Both the position numbers and the translations under genes were made by a program. A DNA stretch of 64,000 nucleotides from Lama glama (Eukaryota): contig CM052818.1 of NCBI GenBank assembly GCA_028534125.1, positions 31,250,001 to 31,314,000 of the forward strand. Reading direction: 5' to 3'. Numbering within the stretch: the first letter of the stretch is position 1; each line of letters opens with the position of its first letter. The notes below the pieces were generated by a model that saw only the letters and a list, made by a program, of their open reading frames with translations, did no database searches and was not told the DNA's origin. Positions 23,651 to 36,679 of this stretch are shown in pieces.

Positions 23651-26079
23651 CTTTGGAGGCTAGAAGAAACAAAAGGTGTCCGTCTGTCAGCCAGTCTGTA
23701 AGGCAGTCTACTGTGCTTATTAGTAAGGATATCAGTTCTATGCAAATGACAGATCTTGGTGTTTTTCAGGTTTCTTTTAATCTTGCACTATTTTATTCTC
23801 ATCTTTTAAGTATATCATGCCTATATTCTGCTTAAGAGATTTGCTATAGTCTTATACAAAGTATAAATTATTAGATATTATGTAAATTTCTGTTATCCAC
23901 TCCTGAATTCAGCTTAATTGGTCCACCAGATCACAAGCTAGGCCCTACCATCCACTTTGTGGCAGCTATCTTAACTACAGCGGAGTGTCTAAGTCATAAT
24001 CTTGTAAATCTAAAAAATTTATGGTAAATTACAGCTTAAACTTGTAAAACATATGCCCCTAAATCAAAGCCTAATGTTACTACCCTCCCTATATCTTTAC
24101 TGCATATGTGGTCTTGAATATAACACAGAGAGTTCTCTGAAATTCAGTCATTTTCTTCCCTGAGAGGAAAAGTCAGCCCGGCCGGGGATGAGGTAGTATT
24201 AATGGGGTGGGGGGCCAGTTGTTGTCTTCAAGAGGAAGTAGAAGACAGAGTAGAAGGGAAATGTCTCTGAGTGCAGATGACAGCTTGACCACCACTCTGT
24301 GGCCCTGGGCTCTGCACTGGGAGCCACACCGGTGGGTCTCAAGGTGGCTGTCAAATTGCCTTAGGCTTGTACCACACCTGCTTGCTAGCCTTCTCTGTAG
24401 GTGACCCAAGAATTAACTTGCCTTGCTTCCAAACACACAGAAATCAGAATTCCCGCTCAGTAAACCTGATCTCAGCCTGACTGGGGACTGAGGATCTTAC
24501 TACAGCAAGGTTTTCTTGACCAACCAGGACTGATCCAACCACCGCTGTATGCATTCTGCAGGAGGGGCTTATTAATCCAAAAAGAACCCCTGGCTGATGG
24601 AGGGCACGTGGGGAGATATTTCTGAGCAGAAGATATGTCTGTTCTGAAGGATATGTTTCCTACTTCTTCTCTCCACCACCATCTGCTCATCCTCTGTTCC
24701 CCAAATGATCAAATTAAAAATTACACCAGGGAATATATTTTATGGCCTTTGTACTCTTTAGTAGAAACGGTCATAATTCATTCTTCCTTATCTTTGTCCT
24801 TTGTGTTAATAAGTCCTGTCAGGTAAAGTACAAAGTGAGGTGGTGGTAGAAGTAAAGAAAATGGATCAATACAGGGAATATTCAAAACTTCAAACACTGA
24901 ATTCACAAATGCAGGTCTTCTGCAAAGGGCACCACTGCTGGGAAGACGGCGTGGTGTGATGGGACTGTAACTTCTTTTCTATTGAAAGGATAAAGAAGCA
25001 GGCTGTGTGTAGCTCAACAGAAGAACGAAAGTCTCAGGTTCTTCGAGGATGGCAAAGGAACAGGAGGCTTTATTCTAGAGTATTTATTATAGAGTATTGT
25101 TTGAAGTTTAAAAAAAATGAGGAAAAAAAAGGGGCTCTATGTAGTTGAGAAAGATGCATTTCAAAGAATGAAGCAGACATGCTGATAACAATATTGTATA
25201 CCATTTTGATACTTCTGACTGAAAGAGGTTATATTTTCCTGTTTTTTTCTTTTAGTATTTTCTTTCATTTTTGTACCTTTTTTTTCTTTTCTTTTTTTTA
25301 AACTATTTGAGGATAAAGCTCAAAGACAGATGCTAACATTACACCAAACTGGAAACTAACCCAAGCAGTCTACAGCTTCATAAGTGACCAGAATACCACA
25401 CAGGTATCTACATTCATAGACTTAGACTTTTTAAACACCTGTGGCCTACTGTATGCTCTTCCAGGCAGAAAATTCATTTTCTTGCACGGAGAGGACTCTA
25501 GAATCAACTGCTGATACAAGGGAGGGAAAGTTCTATGTAACAATGTTCTTCTTGTGTATTTTATTCCCTAGTAGACAGGGTCAAAGCCTTTTCTAAATAC
25601 TTCCTAAACATCAATCCGAAATTTCTCAGTTTTGACAAACTTCTCAAAGCAATACTCCCCACAGTATTGATGGAGACTAGAGGGTGTCGGGAGATATTAA
25701 GGATGAATCCATTTTCTAGTAAACGTTGTTGAGTCTCATCAGAAAGCGGAGGTCAGGGCTGATGATCTAGTCCAACTGTTTGGTAAATAACTGCCACCTG
25801 TGAGCAGCAGAGGGATGGAATCAGGATTGGGGGACCACTGAGGTAAACTAAGAATTAAAGAGTGGATACTTTCTTTGGAAATACTCATTAGGAGACAGGG
25901 AGTAGAGGGAGAAAAGTGCTTCCGTCTTGGGATCAGATCCTATGAATTGGCATAAAAACAGTCATTAGAGTAATAACTGAACTTTCCATTTACACTCAGA
26001 AACATATGAGGAGTATCATCTGGATAATAGCTACTGATCCTGAAATTAAGCAAAAAAAATAGGGACGTGAATAAGTATA

Positions 26080-26356
26080 TGTAGTGGGTTGAATGGCGTC
26101 TCCCCCAAAATTCACATCCACCAAAACTTCAGGATGTAACCTTATTTGAATATAGGGTCTTCACAGATGTAATTAAGGTAAAGATTGAGATGAGATCACA
26201 CTGGATTAAGGTGGGGCTTAAGTGTCAGGGGAAATGTCCTTATAAAACAGAAAAGGGACACACAGAGACAGAGGGAAGGTAGATGGTCAAGTAAAGATGC
26301 TGGAGAAGATTGCAAGTTTGTGGTGATTTTTAATCGCAGCCTAGGAAACCAATACA
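26080..26356 (+). mobile_element. MaLR MLT1B/C-type solo LTR with an internal deletion
   Basis: Starts tgtagtgggttgaat and ends gcagcctaggaaaccaataca, with an imperfect 5-bp TSD gtata/atata. It is shorter than the related copy at 55328. Confidence 0.85.
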
Positions 26357-26597
26357 ATATACATTAAGAAATACTGAATGTCAAGGATTGCTTCTTTTAC
26401 AGTCTTTATTTTGGGGACGGACATTTCTTCTAGAGTTTTATTGTAGTTTTGAGTTACCAAGTGGCATTTTGAGAATAAAGAGCGAGGTCACCAAACTGTT
26501 AGGGACAGCTGTGTAGGGAACAAAGATTTGATTATCTAACTGTATCTGAACAGGCTGACTAGAGGTGCTCACAGGGAATGCAGGGCTGCTGTTTTAG

Positions 26598-26750
26598 GGC
26601 AGTTCCTGCAAACTGTGGAGATCTGTTCCTTAGTCAGACTGTGAACCTAGCATGCATGGGTGAGATCAAGGAATCCACATTTTAGCAGGCACTTCAGGAG
26701 ATTCTGATCTGATGGAGAGGGCTGGAGGGCCACACTTTAGGGAACATGAG
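26598..26750. mobile_element. MER5A-like hAT DNA transposon
   Basis: caaggaatccacattttagcaggcacttcaggagattctgat...ggccacactttagggaaca. Confidence 0.65.
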
Positions 26751-27206
26751 GTTACAGGGATGGTTCTAAGCAGAGGAGGCCATGGGGCGTTGCATTTAAG
26801 AGCTGGGTTCTTAGAATCGGATAAGACTGTGGGTTCTTTGTCTAATTCCACTCCCTGCTTACATGTGGCCTTGGAAACACACACCTTTGGAGGATTATCT
26901 GAGATCATCCTAGTAAGTGATCAATGAATGTTGCCTATTAAAATTGTTTTAAAATTTATTTAAGGTGAAAACAGTTTGCTCTAATTCACATTATATACTG
27001 ACTGGCTTAATTAAACAGTAACTGTCATGGTTGTCCTCACATAGTGGGAGATTTGATTAGGGTATTGAAAAGAGTTTATTCCCTGCTTTGGGCTGGAGAG
27101 AGATCTTGCTGGATAGGATTTCTGATAACTGTGGGGACACCAAGAGGGAACAAAATGACTAGGATTGAGAAGAAAAAGTTTAAAAGGAAGAAGGCAAAAA
27201 TCAGCT

Positions 27207-27772
27207 GAAAACTCTAATTCAAAAAGACACATGCACCCCAATGTTTATAGCAGCATTATTTACAATAGTCAAGACATGGAGGCAACCTAAGTGTCCATCA
27301 GCAGATGAATGGCTAAAGAAGATGTGTTATTTATATACAATGGAATATTACTCAGCCATAAAAAGAATAATGCCATTTGCAGCAACTTGGATGGACCTAG
27401 AGATTATCATACTAAGTGAAGTAAGTCAGACAGAGAAAGATAAATATTGTAATATCACTTATATATGGAATCTAAAAAAAGATACAAATGAACTTATTTT
27501 TAAAAAGAAATAGACTCACAGACGTAGAAAACAAACTTATGGTTACCAAAGGGCAAGGGTGGGGGAGGGATAAATTAGGAATTTGGAATTAACAGATAAC
27601 ATGCTGCTATATATAAAATAGGTAAGCAACAAGGACCTACTGTATAGCACAGTATCTTGTAATAACCTATAATGGAAAAGAAATTTTAAAAGAATATATA
27701 TGTATAACCGAATCACTTTGCTGTACACCTGAAACACTGTGAATCAACTATACTTCAATCTTTCAAAAAAAA
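27207..27772 (+). mobile_element. 5'-truncated artiodactyl-type LINE-1 (ORF2 C-terminus, 3'UTR and short A tail)
   Basis: [31 protein letters not shown]...MPFAATWMDLEIIILSEVSQ, and a 3'UTR ending aatcaactatacttcaat followed by an A run. Confidence 0.93.
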
Positions 27773-27779
27773 TCTAGCA

Positions 27780-28030
27780 AAGGCCAAACTATAGTGACAG
27801 ACAGTAGATCAGCAGTTTCTAGGGACTGAGGTTCAGGAGAGATGTTTGCACAGACGGGGGCATATGAGGGAACTTTCAGAGGTGAGGGAGTGCTTTATAT
27901 TTTGACTATGGTAGTCATGTGACTATGCATTTATCAAAATGCATCTATGTGCACACTTAAAATGTGCAAATGTGCAAACACTTAAAAACTTACAGCAAAT
28001 AAATTTTACCTCTAAAAGTTATTTTTTAAA
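27780..28030 (+). mobile_element. Ancient L1ME-type 3' end fragment
   Basis: aggccaaactatagtgacagacagtagatcagcagtttc...gggaactttcagaggtga. Confidence 0.6.
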
Positions 28031-29599
28031 GCTTCTCAAATATTTGCTCTAAAAATATTTAAAGTGATAATGTAACAAATCTGTAATACCTGCTATATAT
28101 AGTCACAATAGAGCTTTATTTAGGCTGGTTGGATTCTTGTTACACTAAAATGTTAGAAAACACAGTATTTAAAGTTTGAAACAAATCCATTCACATGCAC
28201 TGATTTTTAGTGATTTTTTTTGTATTAGCATTTTATTTGAAACAGAACATTTTCCTATTCATTCAAATAAACATTAACATGCCCATAAGCTTTGTGTTAA
28301 CTGTTTTACACTATTTTTAACTTTCTTGGCTAATATACAATATAATTCCGTAATTAAGGGATTATTCCAAGTGTAACCTGACATTTTAAAATTTCTACCA
28401 TCCTAATTTCTTTCAGGGTCACAATATCTAAAAGGTTTTCTTGCCACTATCTAGAAAGGGAAAAGGCTGAATCAACATAATTCTGAAGCAGTTACAAATA
28501 ATTCAATTAGGATTGACAAAGAATCACGATAACAAGGCAGGTGGGAGACAATGTGTCTTGAGATCAATATTTTAGAAGCACGTATCTCTGATCTATTGGG
28601 TTACCACAATGGTGGCGGGCCTCAGGTTTATCAAACATACACACACATATCCTTGTACCTGTCAATATTACAACAGCAGAATAGAATCTAATCTGTTTAA
28701 TAGTTCAGATTTTTTGGGATATATTTCTGGTTTTTATCAACACTATGACATAGAAAGTTATAAAACATTTGGGAACCAGTTTGACACACCCACTGTAACC
28801 TTCCCCCTGCCAAATACTTGCTCTACTACCACCCGAAACAAAACAACAATCTCATTACAAACCACAGCTACTCAGCATTGGCGCTCTCAGCAGGACAGAA
28901 GGTGTGACACTTGTGTCAAAATTACCTTGCTAGCTTTGAACGACTCAGACATCATGGCTGTAGATGAGGCCGGGCCTGGGCAGAACTGAGAGGCAGGCTG
29001 ACAGGGAGGTGGTCACTCCTCTCCCTCTGAGGGTCCAGAGGCTCCTGCTCTATAATCTAGTGCCCTTGCCCCCTTTACCCAACAGGGAAGGGTCTCATTT
29101 CAGTACTTTACACAAGCTGATCAACTGACGGATTATACTCCGATATGAATAGATTTCAAGAAGTCTTAACCATTCAACTCATCTTTAGACAGAACCACAA
29201 AAAAATGTGATTTAGCCCTTCTGATGTACCTTTTCCTGGTAAAAATTCTCCACCATACCTCCATAAAGCAAACAAATGAAACTGAATTTGAACGCCCAGT
29301 TCCTGAGGTTCTATACTCCCCCTTCAGGGTACCACTGACATAACCCCTCTGACTGCTGGAGGTTTTTGTTTGTTGCCTCCCCTAGCCCAGAAACTCACTT
29401 GAGCCTATTGGATATGGATACCTGTTCTGGTGGGAGTGTTTGTTTTTAGCTGGGAATGGAGGCTAGTGGGAGTCCTTGGTAAATTTCTGATTATTAGCCA
29501 AAAGTGGGCCTTCAGTATTGCTTGGTAATCGCACATATTTCTTTAGTCTATTTGTGTCCCAACCACCCAGATTTGAGTATTTCATGCCTTTGCTCTTCG

Positions 29600-31220
29600 T
29601 TTTTTCACACCTCCACTACTTCCTTATCAACCTTCATTTTCATCCTATTTCTCTGAGAAAATAAATCATGAGAAACTTCTACAAGGTCTTACCACCCCAC
29701 CTCCCTACTTACTTGCATGGAAGTGCGCACACTCGCCTTCTCTTCTCTATGTGGACGGTCTGTCCATAGTTGCGTTTAGGGCCAGTCCCTCCACCTGTGT
29801 GCTCTGTCTTGTCTACTCGATGGTACTTCTCCAGCAGTTTCCCGTGTAACCGGTCACTCCTATCTCGCCTGTCAGCGTGCTTACAATCCCTCCCACCACT
29901 CCTTCCTGCCCCGCATCCTCCCAGCTCCCAATCATTTCTCTCACCCACCCAGCTCAGCATCTTACGTCTACAGTCATCTTCAGTCCTCCTCTCTTATCTC
30001 TCTTGAACCCGTGCCCATCAAGCAAAGCCCTCACTACTCTATCAAAACCATTCTCATCAAGGTCATCAACGACCTTCATAAAGCCAAATCCAACAGCTCC
30101 CCCCCGCCTTGAAAAATGATTTTACCTCGTTTCCTGCCCATGTTACTCTCTTGGTGCTTTTCCAGCCTCTCTGGCCACTGCCATGTCTCCTGTGCGAGCT
30201 GATCTCTAAGCATTGGAGCACCTCAAGGCTTGATTTTACTCTTTATCTGCATGCATTTCCTAGATGAGCTCTTTTAGCCTTAAAACTTTAAATACCAAAT
30301 ATGTGCTGATGCCCCCCACATCTGTATCCCCAGCCTGCCCCTCTCCCTTGCAGACTCACATATTTGACTACTAATGATATCTCCCCTTGGATGTCTAATT
30401 AAATTTCAAGTTTAACATGGCCTCAACCAAACTCCTTCCTGGTCTTTCCCCCAAAACTTGTGCTTCCCACAGTCTCTGACTCCAGTTCGGGCAAAGAACC
30501 GTGCCGTCACCCTTGCCCCCTCTCGTGCTCCATTCCATCACCGTATTCTATTGATTCTACCTTAAAACAGATCCAGAGTCTAGCCAGTTCTTGCCACCCC
30601 ACTAACTTTACCTCAGACCACCACCTCTCCCCTGGATGACTGCAAATATCTTTCTAATTGGTTTCCCTGTTTGACCACCCTCCCTCCTACAGATTCTACA
30701 CAGCAGCCAGAGTAATCCTTTCAGGATGTCAGTCACTAGTCATAAACCACCTTGGTCTCCTCACCCCATCTCACTCAGAACGCCAAAATCTGTGCGATGA
30801 CCCACAAGGCCCACACCACCCAGCAACCCACTACCTCGCAGCCCTCATGCTCTACGGCCCGCCTGGCCCACGCTGCTCCCACCGCACGGAGTTCTGTGTT
30901 CTCCTCTGAATGCACTTGGCACACTCCCATTCCAGCACCTGAGCTGTTCTTCTGCCTGAGATCTTCTTACCCCACACTCACCTGTCCAGGGAGGCCCCAA
31001 GGACCCTATTTAAAGCAGCAGGCTGTCCTCTTCTCTGATTTACTTTTCTCTACAGGCCTTACCATGGGTCATAATATATTTTTCACTTCCTTGTTTATTG
31101 CCTGTTTTCTTCCTGCTAAAATGGAAGTGCCACAGGGTAGTAATTTTTGTCTCTTTTACTCACTGGCATATCCCCAGTGCTTCTTCAATAAATATCTGTT
31201 TCTGAATAAATTGAATGAAC
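29600..31220 (+). mobile_element. L2 (L2a-like) LINE, 3' portion
   Basis: Pyrimidine-rich L2 body (aaggtcatcaacgacctt, atctccccttggatgtctaat, cagcagccagagtaatcctttc) ending tcaataaatatctgtttctgaataaattgaatgaa. Confidence 0.85.
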
Positions 31221-32604
31221 AGAAAAAGGGAAACTGAGCTGAGCTTCCCTCTGTGGTGCAGTTCTGCTCGGAAGAGCACCTGAGAATCAAGCCTTTGCTA
31301 ACAGCCTGCAGTAGAAAGGGGCACTGTGAGACTGTCGCTGGAGTTTAATTGTGATTAATGGTCCTCCAGACCACAGGAGGGAAGGCAGACAGGAATTTAT
31401 GCCTCTGTTCTGTGGGATCAGACGTTCTTGGTTAGCCCTCAGACAGGCTGCAGTTCTGCCATTCTCAGCCTCTATTTGTGCTGTCACTGCGATATTACTG
31501 TTAAAGCTCCGGTATTCTTCCTGAATACTGGGCAACCTGAGATGATGGAAGGTTTCAGGTCATGTGCTGGGAAATCAAGGTCACGTGTGGGGCGGTAAGA
31601 GTAGGTCAAGGGAGCTGACTGACCAACATCTGGGTACCTGTGGGGTGCCACACGGAGAGGAGGCTGGGGGTCTGCTCGGCGTGGACAGGCACCGACTGCA
31701 GGTTTAGACAGCTGAGTTTGATGTTACCCCTCTCCCACTACCTTCAAACCCTCTGGATGAATATTTTTTAGTTTATGGCATATTTGACAATGTTAAGTAT
31801 ATAATGCTATTTTTAAACTGAAATTCTGGAATGCAATACCAAGTGCGTTCTATATCATTTCTCTCTGATAACAAAAGACACTTCATTAAGCACGCTAGAA
31901 TGCTGCCTTGTCATTAATTGAGGTATTACTGAACAGGCATTTGTTTCCTAATCAATTCCAAAATATGTCTTTAAATAGAACCACCAGTCTCAAAGAAAGC
32001 CTTGTGATTCTGTTCTGCTTTTTTTTTTTTTCCCATTCTGTCCACGAGACACACAGGGTTCCCACTAGCTTGAAACAAATCTCGTAGACCTGGCATTTCC
32101 ATCAGTGCAGATAGTATTATTCTGAAACCAGTAATTGCTGCCTTACTTACCTGACACACCATTTACTACTCTGACCTCCTCCTAGGGGGGTCTATTCTGC
32201 AAATGACCACAGTATTTCATGCTACTATTTCATCTGGCCTGCTAACCAGTTCATCGGTCTGCTCCCCCTGTTGACCCAGACAAGCTGCTTAGAGCAGCAC
32301 AAACCACGCCCAGACCTGTTAAGAAAATTAGCCTGACTTGGTCTGAGTTCCCTCTGCTCCAAAGCACCTTCATCAGCCTTCGCCCCACTGAATAAGGTTT
32401 CTACCAAACCACTGTTTTCAAACAGAGGATAGTTCATGCGGACACAGGAGGTTGAGAGGGAGAGTAAGGGAAGAGTCAGCAGCTTTCAGGAAGCTGGTAA
32501 CTAAAGGGACAGGGCAGGAGATGGGAGCTCAGAAAGTGCAGGATGCTAGCCTGCCTTCCCTTCCCTTCTCATGGCCCTCCCTCCCTCTCACCCTCAACTG
32601 AGAC

Positions 32605-32649
32605 TGTGTGCGTGCACGCGTGCACACACACACACACACACACACGCAC
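32605..32649. repeat. Compound (TG)/(CA)n alternating purine-pyrimidine tract
   Basis: tgtgtgcgtgcacgcgtgcacacacacacacacacacacacgcac. Confidence 0.95.
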
Positions 32650-33237
32650 TCTTTCACCCCTCCCTGGATTTCCAGAAACTGGAGGTAAATTATGATGAGG
32701 ACAAATCATTTTGCTTCATAATGGGCTTTCTTGATATCACAAAAAAGGACAGTATTTTCTGGGTTCTTTGGCTGCAGCAAATTAGAATATATGGTTCAGA
32801 TTCATATAATTAATTCACGTAGCTTTAGTCATATTCACATGCAGACAGCAATACTTTCTCATGCACATGTAGTGGGGAAGAGAAAGGGCTAAAAGGTTAA
32901 AAAATAAAAATAAGAAGCTGGACGAAAGGGTCTGAAGAAAAATGCTGTAAGTAGAAGAGTGAATGGTGAGGCCGGATTTGAATAAAGTAACAGAGGAATG
33001 TTAGGGGAAAGACAATTAAAAGACCCAAGCAAAATTGAAAAATTAAATTCAATGTTTAATATCTATTAAATGTCCATAACTGAAAAATAGAGGAAAAGCA
33101 GATGGACCATAAAAGGTGATGAAGCAATAATGGTCAAATCTGAGGAATTAAGGAAAAAAAATAAAACAGGTTATATATTCATGTCCATGGAGCCCCTCAG
33201 TTCAGAAAATTTATCTACAATGCTTGTTTCTATTTAA

Positions 33238-33370
33238 TTTTTTTAAACAAATTTATCGTGGTATAATTTCTGTACAGTTAAGCTACACTTATTTCAGCTG
33301 TACAATTTGATGAATTTTGATGTATACACCCATGAAACCACCACCACAGTCAGGATACCTAACATGCTTG
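33238..33370 (-). mobile_element. Short old L1 3' end fragment
   Basis: gtggtataattt...tgtacaatttgatgaattttga...acccatgaaaccaccaccacagtcaggata. Confidence 0.65.
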
Positions 33371-34799
33371 TTTCTATTAACACTGAGATTCCGGTAAAAC
33401 AGAAAAAGCACATGTAATGTATTGAACCAAATAGTTGGAATGAAAATTGATTCCTGAATCAAAGGAACCTAAGAATATATAACTTTAAGGTCAGTATTTT
33501 AATATACAGCACAATCTATGTATTATTTTCGATGATGGGCTGTTACAGCACTGGTGATACTCTTGAATTTATTGAGAGTGATATCAGACCTAGGTTTACA
33601 GAACTATTCAAACAGCAAGGTCTTAAATACCTGAGAGATCTGTGATTATAAGAATGATCTTAGTGCTCTGGTGTTAAAAACAATTTCCACCAGACCTTGA
33701 TACACAAGTGGATAAATCATATTAAATTAAATCAGTCTGTACTTGAGCTATCTTAATCAGAAAGAGATTTAATGAAAAGCCTCAGCGCAGATGAATCCTG
33801 TAATTATTGCAGGCTAATATTTGTTCACAAAGATGAATTTGTTTCAGCATTAGTCAGAGACCAGGACAAGCCAGAGATACCAATTCAATAATGGAATGCC
33901 TAATTAAATGATAATGGATTCCTAATTATAATATATTGCTTTTCCCCTGTACATGATTTATTTACAGCTGCTTTTCATTCTGATCATAAAGGAAAAATAA
34001 GTAAAATGTAATTACTAAAAATAGAAAGGGAAAGAAAAAATAATAGGTAAATTAGAACTTTTTTTTCTAATACGGAGAAATTAAGATGTAATAAAAAGTC
34101 TAATGGTTGGGGGGAAAAGTCCTGCTGCAGAAGATATGGCTATGTTCAACTAGTACATCTAGAAACTGGATGTCTGTCTGACATCCTTTAAGTCAGTCAC
34201 TGCCCTTATGTGCTTACAATTCAGTTAAGAAGACATACATCTATCAAATCAAAGGCACTGATGAGAAGTCTGGTAATGTTCAGTAAATCATGGTTATGAT
34301 GATGATTACAGATCCTGTGCTAGCTACAGCTACTGTGGGAGACTCAAAGACATGGAAATATAAGACACAAACATGTGAAAAGTTAAGTAACAGCACAGGA
34401 AATTAATAAAATACAAAACTTTAAGAGACATGAAGTGAGCGTAATGGAAACTGAATACCATGAGTTCAGAGAAGGACAAGATCACTGCAGGCTGAAATGC
34501 CTTAACAGTTCTCAAAGCAAGAAAGCTATTCTGGTTTAACACATGCATGAACTAGTTTCTTGAGAGTTAGAAGAAATAGCATTTTCAATATGGAAAATAC
34601 ATTCTAAAAGAATCAAGTAGTTATAGAAAACAGACATCAGATATCTTAAAAAAACATAAATATGAGATTTGCAAATACTATTATATATAAAATAAATGAA
34701 CAGCAAGTTTCCTCTTTATGGCACAGGGAACTACATTCGATATCTTTTAAGAATTTCTGTTTACTGAATATATAATAGAATAAGAACATATTTGCACTG

Positions 34800-35390
34800 T
34801 CTAAAAAGTGAACAAAGGATTAATAGCTATAACACAGAAAGAACTAATACAAATCTGTAAGTCACTACAGTAAATATAATCTCAATAGAAAAACAAGATA
34901 TAAACATAAAAGAGGAAACACAGAAACCTAGCTTGCATGCGAAAATCCTTTGTAATCACCCAAAGGAAACAAAAATCAACAAGGTGCCACTTTACACGTA
35001 TTTGAGTGGTAGAAAGTTGGATAATACTAAATGTCAGTGGAAGTGAGAGGGTATAGGTACCCTAATGCATTGCCAGTGGGCGATTAGAGGAAAGTAACCA
35101 CTTTGGAGCAATTTGGAGCTAGTCAAATTAAGACTACCTAATCCTGTGACTCAGCAATTCTACTTTTGGACATATAGCTGACAGAAATCTCACAGGGGTA
35201 CAAAAGAGAGCACCTATTAGATATAGATATTAACTGCGGTGCTTCTGTGATGGTGAGAGTTGTAGGCAACCTTGGATGCCTGTCTTTGGGAGCCTCAATA
35301 ATTGAGATGTGGAAGGGGACACACCATGGGGAAGAAGGAAGTAGTGAGAAGCCAGGGACTAGATATACACATAACAACAGGATGACAAAT
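34800..35390 (+). mobile_element. Decayed ancient L1M ORF2-end fragment
   Basis: accactttggagcaatttgg...tgtgactcagcaattctacttttggacatatag. Confidence 0.55.
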
Positions 35391-35396
35391 TGAAAT

Positions 35397-35850
35397 TATA
35401 ACGGAGTCATCACAGATCAGGCACACAAAATTGGAATCGTGCAGCTATTGAGGATCTGGTCTCAGGCATGTCTCTGCACTACTGAAAACTTGAACTTTCT
35501 TTGAACTGTACCAGACCCAAGGACCCCACCAGCCATATTCAGAGCAACACCTGCCAGCTGCACCATTATGGTCTCCAGGTCTCTCCCTGTAACTATGCAA
35601 CCATTTTGGACCCCAACCAATCCTTACTTAACAAGCACCCTTACTTTTTGCCAGTTCCAATTATAATTCTTGATAAACAACTCATGTAACTAACTGTAAC
35701 CTTGTGGTTTTTGCCTTTGTAAACCTCCCCCAAGTTTGTAGCCCGGTGGAACACAATTTAAGTGCTTTTTGAATCTGTGTCTCCTGGGCTGCAGTCCTAA
35801 TAATCCCCAAATAAACCCCTTCTTATTTCAATCAGGTCTCCTTTTCTACA
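35397..35850 (+). mobile_element. ERV-type solo LTR
   Basis: LTR layout: degenerate TATA-like gcctttgtaaac, R-like gaatctgtgtctcctgggctgcagtcct, AATAAA at ~35810, ending ...tctaca. It interrupts old L1-like sequence. No clear TSD. Confidence 0.6.
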
Positions 35851-36679
35851 ACTTTGGTTATGAATATGAATGTATTTTAACAGCAAAATGCTAAGTGAAA
35901 AAAACAAGAAACAGAAAGAGATATATAATAGAAACAATATATAACATTTGCGTAAACTTTTTAAAATACAGAAATATAAAACAAAACAATTTTATAAGAA
36001 CACGCAGAAGCAAAATGACACATGTTAAATATATCAGAATGCCTATGGAAGGAGGAAGAAATGGGAGCAGTATACAGCAGAAATGTGGACTAAATAAAAA
36101 ACAATAAAACAAGAGAAGCTTTACCCAAGACCAGTCATAATGTCCTGTATGTCCTAAGGAGTATGATTAACTCAATCCTCTGAACCCCAGATCTTTAATA
36201 AGTGTTCTTAATACACACTAGAAAACACAAATCAGGCCCTTTAAAATAACAGCCCCCTCTCCAATTTTTAAATCTAATTTAGCCACCATATTTACACAAA
36301 CAGCACATTTAGAAGGGAAGACCTAACAAATATTTTGAAGCATGATTTAAAGGTCAGTGCCCACTGCCATGGAACACTGTAATTTTAATACACATCATGG
36401 GACGGGAGAAGAGAGGGGATGGTTTGTCTTGCCAAGTAAAACTTATTCTAAACTGGAGTACTATAAATGGCGAGGACAAGATTATTTCAATCTCTAGTTT
36501 TTACATGCATCATTTTAGTTTTGGGTTGTGGGTTGACTGAAACCTGGCAAAATATTTTTAAATTTAGAAACAGCCTTGGTGAGATTGCTCCCGTTCCCTT
36601 CTCACATATGAATCTAAAACAGCTCTTTACTGAGCTATCTTCATCTGCAAAGGATTTATACTATGTGAGAACCCATTCT

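Noticed and set aside
30752..31237. 161-aa ORF
   Set aside because: Lies wholly in a decayed L2 element and has no recognisable domain.
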